A stretch of 32,000 nucleotides of DNA from Candidatus Arthromitus sp. SFB-mouse-Japan (GTDB taxonomy: Bacteria; Bacillota; Clostridia; Clostridiales; Clostridiaceae), in the NCBI RefSeq assembly GCF_000270205.1, contig NC_015913.1:1070188-1102187 (forward strand), in the 5' to 3' direction. A program made the translations under genes and the position numbers. The notes beneath the pieces are model-generated. The model was not told where the DNA came from. It worked only from the letters and a program-made list of their open reading frames with translations, and did no database searches. Position 1 is the first letter of the stretch. The number at the start of each line of letters is the position of its first letter. Below, one piece after another: positions 28,310 through 32,000 of this stretch.

Positions 28310-28328
28310 ATTATATTGAGGCTTGTTT

Positions 28329-28357
28329 ACAAGGACGTATATTTTCGATCAAGGAGG
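28329..28357 (+). promoter_or_regulatory. Candidate pair of CsrA-binding sites in the leader, the second overlapping the Shine-Dalgarno
   Basis: ACAAGGACGT (28329-28338) resembles ACARGGAUGU; ATCAAGGAGGATC overlaps SD AAGGAGG (28351-28357), the arrangement known for Bacillus hag. Confidence 0.45.
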
Positions 28358-28365
28358 ATCTAACT

Positions 28366-29112
28366 ATGAGAATAAATAAAAATTCTAATATCACAAAAGC
28401 CTTAAGTGTTTTTAAAATTGGAAAAGTAAATAATAATTTATCAAAAAATAATTCAAATTCAGACAATATTCAAATTAATTATCTTATGGATGAGCTTACA
28501 GAATCCCAATATATAACACGCAATTACCAAATAGGTATAACTTATGTACAAATAGCCAAATCCACTTTGAGTGAAGTAAAGAAAACTATTTTAGATATGA
28601 AAGAAATTTTTGATAAATGTAAAAATGAAGATAATACTTCTTTTGGTCGTGAATCACTAAATTTTAAATTCGAAGAATTGTGCCAAAAATTCAACAAAGA
28701 ATCGAACAAATTAACTATAGATATAAGAGAAAATTTATTTTATAATAGCAATAACGAACTTGTATTTAAAGTATTCGATTCAAAGTCTCTAGAAAATTGT
28801 ATTCTTATTCCTAAACTCGACGCAAACAAATTAAATCTTAGAAATATAAATATAAAAAACGAAATCAACGCTAATGAGGCATATAATAAAATGAATCAAG
28901 CTCTTGACTATATCCTTTTGTCAGAGAAAGCAATAAAAGATTCTGAAGAAAAACTTCTGCGAGTTAATCTAACAGATATTATGTCTGCAAATCTCATGGC
29001 GTTAAGTAGCAATGAAAACAAAGAATCTATTGAAAAATTATTAGAGCTAACAAGAAGAGGCTTGCTCAAAGAAGGCAACACCTATTTGAAAGAAATAAAC
29101 AAAGATAAATAA
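28366..29112 (+). CDS. Divergent, degenerate flagellin-like protein (248 aa)
   Basis: N-terminus 'MRINKNSNITKALSVFKIGKVNNNLSK', then 'QIGITYVQIAKSTLSEVKKTILDMKEI' and C-terminus 'NQALDYILLSEKAIKDSEEKLLRVNLTDI...LELTRRGLLKEGNTYL' align with flagellin D0/D1 helices by eye. Confidence 0.6.
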   Translation: MRINKNSNITKALSVFKIGKVNNNLSKNNSNSDNIQINYLMDELTESQYITRNYQIGITYVQIAKSTLSEVKKTILDMKEIFDKCKNEDNTSFGRESLNFKFEELCQKFNKESNKLTIDIRENLFYNSNNELVFKVFDSKSLENCILIPKLDANKLNLRNINIKNEINANEAYNKMNQALDYILLSEKAIKDSEEKLLRVNLTDIMSANLMALSSNENKESIEKLLELTRRGLLKEGNTYLKEINKDK

Positions 29113-29124
29113 TCTAAAAAATAG

Positions 29125-29151
29125 AAAGTATCTTAGAGTCTAAGATACTTT
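29125..29151 (+). terminator. Rho-independent terminator
   Basis: aaagtatctta-gagtc-taagatacttt followed by T residues. Confidence 0.85.
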
Positions 29152-29167
29152 TTGTATTATATACAAA

Positions 29168-29195
29168 AAACAAACTAAATGAAATTAGTTTGTTT
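29168..29195 (-). terminator. Rho-independent terminator of the aminotransferase gene
   Basis: aaacaaactaa / ttagtttgttt stem; T run on the minus strand. Confidence 0.75.
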
Positions 29196-29210
29196 ATAAC
29201 GAGCGATATC

Positions 29211-30365
29211 TTATTTCAGTGCTTTCCTTATTCTAGTGAAACACTCCTTAAGCATCTCTCTTGGATAAGCCATATTAATTGCAATCTTACCTTGAAGATT
29301 TCCTTCAATTTCTTCTCCAAACTTAAGTGTAAGTTTTCCATTTCGTAAAATTCTATACTCAAGTTCTTCAGGCATATATCCATATTTTGATAAGTCGATA
29401 AATGCCAATGTTCCGCTCTCAGGTCTCTCAAGTTTCATTGTTCCAAATATATCTTTAAGATAACCATCAAATAAATCAAAATTTTTATTAACATATTCTC
29501 TAAGTTTTCTTAACCAAATATCTATTCTACTATAAAAAATATTAAATATTTCAACATCTATTGCGTTAATTGCAAACCTACTATTATCACTCAATTGCAT
29601 TTTCATAAAATCCCTAAACTTTTTGTTATTTATAACTAAATTACCCATGGTACTATCCATAAGATTTAATGTCTTACATGGACTTAGATATGTTATAACG
29701 TTACTACTATTATTAAGTGCCTTTGACAATGGAATATATTTAATTCCATCTCTTGTTAACTCATATCCCTCTTCAATACTTAAAATCCATAAATTATTTT
29801 TTCGTGCAATGTCTCCAAGTTTTTTTAATTCATCTTCACCAAAACACCTTCCAGATGGATAATGTGGATTGCTTATAACCATAACCTTAGCATCTTTAGA
29901 ATATTTTTCTAAAAGTTCAAAGTCAAGCTCGGGTTTTTCTCCTTCATAAATAAGTGGTATTGATATAAGATTCCTACTTGATGCTAAAATCTTATATCTA
30001 AGTATTTTTTCTAAGGGTGAGAGTACAACCACATTATCATTCACTTGAGTTAAAGATTCAAATATCAAAGTATACGCCATTTCATCACTTGGTATATATT
30101 GTATATTCTGTATATCAATCTCCCACTCATATTCTTTCATAAAATAGGCACTCATGAGCATCTTATACGATTCTTTATCATAATAACCTTGACTTACTTG
30201 TTTCTCAAAAAGATTATAATTTTGTATTACAAACATTACAGGCTTAGGACTTAAAAAATACATTTTCTCAGTTTCATGCATTATTAAATCAAAATCATTC
30301 GTATCCAAATTTGAATATTGATAATTATTTTTACTCTTAGTTGCTTCCATACTTCTCCCCCTCAA
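29211..30365 (-). CDS. PLP-dependent aminotransferase class I/II (MalY/PatB-like fold)
   Basis: 'NPHYPSGRCFGEDELKKLGDIARKNNLWILSIEEGYEL' and a candidate PLP lysine in 'LSPCKTLNLMDSTMGNLVI'. Confidence 0.75.
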   Translation of the reverse strand: MRGRSMEATKSKNNYQYSNLDTNDFDLIMHETEKMYFLSPKPVMFVIQNYNLFEKQVSQGYYDKESYKMLMSAYFMKEYEWEIDIQNIQYIPSDEMAYTLIFESLTQVNDNVVVLSPLEKILRYKILASSRNLISIPLIYEGEKPELDFELLEKYSKDAKVMVISNPHYPSGRCFGEDELKKLGDIARKNNLWILSIEEGYELTRDGIKYIPLSKALNNSSNVITYLSPCKTLNLMDSTMGNLVINNKKFRDFMKMQLSDNSRFAINAIDVEIFNIFYSRIDIWLRKLREYVNKNFDLFDGYLKDIFGTMKLERPESGTLAFIDLSKYGYMPEELEYRILRNGKLTLKFGEEIEGNLQGKIAINMAYPREMLKECFTRIRKALK

Positions 30366-30375
30366 TCTAAAACTT

Positions 30376-32000
30376 CTACTTTACATCATTAATTTCATTC
30401 TTGTTATCATTTCCATTATTATCTCCAAAATTATCTTGATTCATAGAATAATCTTGATTCCTATCTACTATTTGTAAGTGGATATCTTCCGTAATTTTAA
30501 ATTTATTTACAATATTGTTTAACTGAGATGTTGTAATTTTATTATCTTTAATAAATTGTTTCAAGCTATTTATCTTCTCAACAATTTGAAAATTCTTATC
30601 AGAAATATTTGATAATCCAATTGTTCCACTATTAACAGTCGTTGAAATTTCAGTTATTGATCCAACTATTGTTTCAACCGCATCGCTTACCTTTTTAGAT
30701 ATATCTAAGAAATTTTTCATAAAATCATTAATTTTAAATGTGTCACTCCTATACTCCTCACTACTATCTATAAAACTATCGTAATCGAGTATAATTTTAT
30801 TATCTATAAAATCTAGAATCTGTCTTGAACTTATAATCAAACTTTCAATAGACGTATTTACATTTTGAGCTATGCTCTTAATATTATTTGCGGTAACTGA
30901 ACTTTCTTCTGCAAGAGTTCTAATTTCCTCTGCAACAACAGCAAACCCTTTTCCAGCTTCTCCAGCCCTTGCAGCTTCAATTGCTGCATTCAATGCAAGC
31001 AAATTTGTTTGACTTGCAATACTCAAAATAGATTCTGTAAGAGTATTAATTTCATCAACTTCCTTTGATTTAGAAATTGCTGTCTCTAAATCACTCTTAA
31101 CATTCTCGTAAATCTGTATAGCCTTATCTTTAGACTCTGTAATATTACTCTTTATCAAGTTAGTTCGCTTAGAAATATCTTGGGTGCTATCATAACCTTT
31201 TTCAGCATTCATTTTTATATTAAACATCTCATCACTTATAAGTTTTGATGATGCTGTTATTTCTTGAAGAGTCGCATTTGTTTGTTCCATACCAGCATAC
31301 AAATTATCAGTTTCAGAAGATGTAATCGTAGTAGAATCTTTTAACTCTTTTGTCAATAATTCAATCTCACTATACTTAGAATTTAAATCAACTATCTTAA
31401 TCTTAATAATTTTTATCACTTTACCAATATTCAATCTCATCCTAATTAAACCATTATAAGTATTAGTAAGCTCATCTTTAGAATTATTTTGAATCTTATA
31501 ATTATCTATGAGTTCAAAATTAGCTGTCTTGTCAATTATCTTATCATTATCCTCTAATTTTGATAAAATAAGAATCTTAAGTGTAATCAATGATATACCA
31601 AAAAGTAGAATTGCAAATCCTGCTAATAATATAAATGACATAATTTGACTCTTTGTATATGATTCCAACATAGATGACACCGGTAGAAAATAAGAAATTT
31701 TCCATCTAAGATCTGAAATATAATAAGTCAACATCTTATAATTCTTTTTAGCAATTGTTATATCCCCTGAATACAAAACATTTCCAGAATCAGCTTTTGA
31801 TATATTTGTGAGCATATTTTCATCAGTAAGATATTGCCCAACAATATTTTTAAAATCAGAATAAATTACACGCTTATCATGAGCATAAATTTCAACATTA
31901 TTATTGTACATTATATCTAATTTCATATCAGAAACAATATCTTTAATTAAATTTGATGATAAAGTACCACATAAATAGCTAAATACAGATCCTCTAGAAT
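30376..32000 (-). CDS. Methyl-accepting chemotaxis protein, 5' end beyond the window
   Basis: Signalling-domain hairpin '[41 protein letters not shown]'. The frame stays open from 31926 to 32000 ('[24 protein letters not shown]'), so the gene is partial. Confidence 0.93.
   Translation of the reverse strand, partial: SRGSVFSYLCGTLSSNLIKDIVSDMKLDIMYNNNVEIYAHDKRVIYSDFKNIVGQYLTDENMLTNISKADSGNVLYSGDITIAKKNYKMLTYYISDLRWKISYFLPVSSMLESYTKSQIMSFILLAGFAILLFGISLITLKILILSKLEDNDKIIDKTANFELIDNYKIQNNSKDELTNTYNGLIRMRLNIGKVIKIIKIKIVDLNSKYSEIELLTKELKDSTTITSSETDNLYAGMEQTNATLQEITASSKLISDEMFNIKMNAEKGYDSTQDISKRTNLIKSNITESKDKAIQIYENVKSDLETAISKSKEVDEINTLTESILSIASQTNLLALNAAIEAARAGEAGKGFAVVAEEIRTLAEESSVTANNIKSIAQNVNTSIESLIISSRQILDFIDNKIILDYDSFIDSSEEYRSDTFKINDFMKNFLDISKKVSDAVETIVGSITEISTTVNSGTIGLSNISDKNFQIVEKINSLKQFIKDNKITTSQLNNIVNKFKITEDIHLQIVDRNQDYSMNQDNFGDNNGNDNKNEINDVK

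Noticed and set aside
29200-29211. Interpretation of the hairpins at 29125-29195 as a small CRISPR or repeat array
   Set aside because: They are two different back-to-back hairpins with different stems, serving convergent genes as terminators.

Overview
The window is an AT-rich stretch of a low-GC, spore-forming, probably motile Firmicute. Gene content suggests a gut Clostridiaceae or segmented-filamentous-bacterium-like genome, but that placement is inference only. The left part carries a RarA/MgsA C-terminal-like protein (possibly 5'-truncated), an orphan PTS IIC permease, a penicillin-V-acylase/bile-salt-hydrolase family enzyme, a membrane protein with two SCP2-like domains, a TcyP-like symporter, the spoIIAA-spoIIAB-sigF operon, a hypothetical protein, an M28 peptidase and an orphan oligopeptide-binding lipoprotein. 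The accessory centre (12.1-26.2 kb, all minus strand) is about 14 kb with four large mosaic paralogs of 1084-1175 aa. They share an N-terminal disordered stalk, a conserved globular core, repeated beta-sandwich (Ig/Fn3-like) modules and a C-terminal DUF4214-type tandem. Three are predicted lipoproteins; the fourth lacks any signal peptide. A small DUF1659-like gene sits among them, downstream of a 12-bp inverted-repeat element. The right part carries a polysaccharide deacetylase, a Ca2+/Na+ exchanger, a degenerate flagellin-like protein with a hag-like CsrA-style leader, a PLP aminotransferase and a truncated chemotaxis receptor. The best candidates for something undescribed are the DUF4214 cluster, the flagellin-like protein and the double-SCP2 membrane protein. 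No mobile element, CRISPR array, tRNA or rRNA was recognised.
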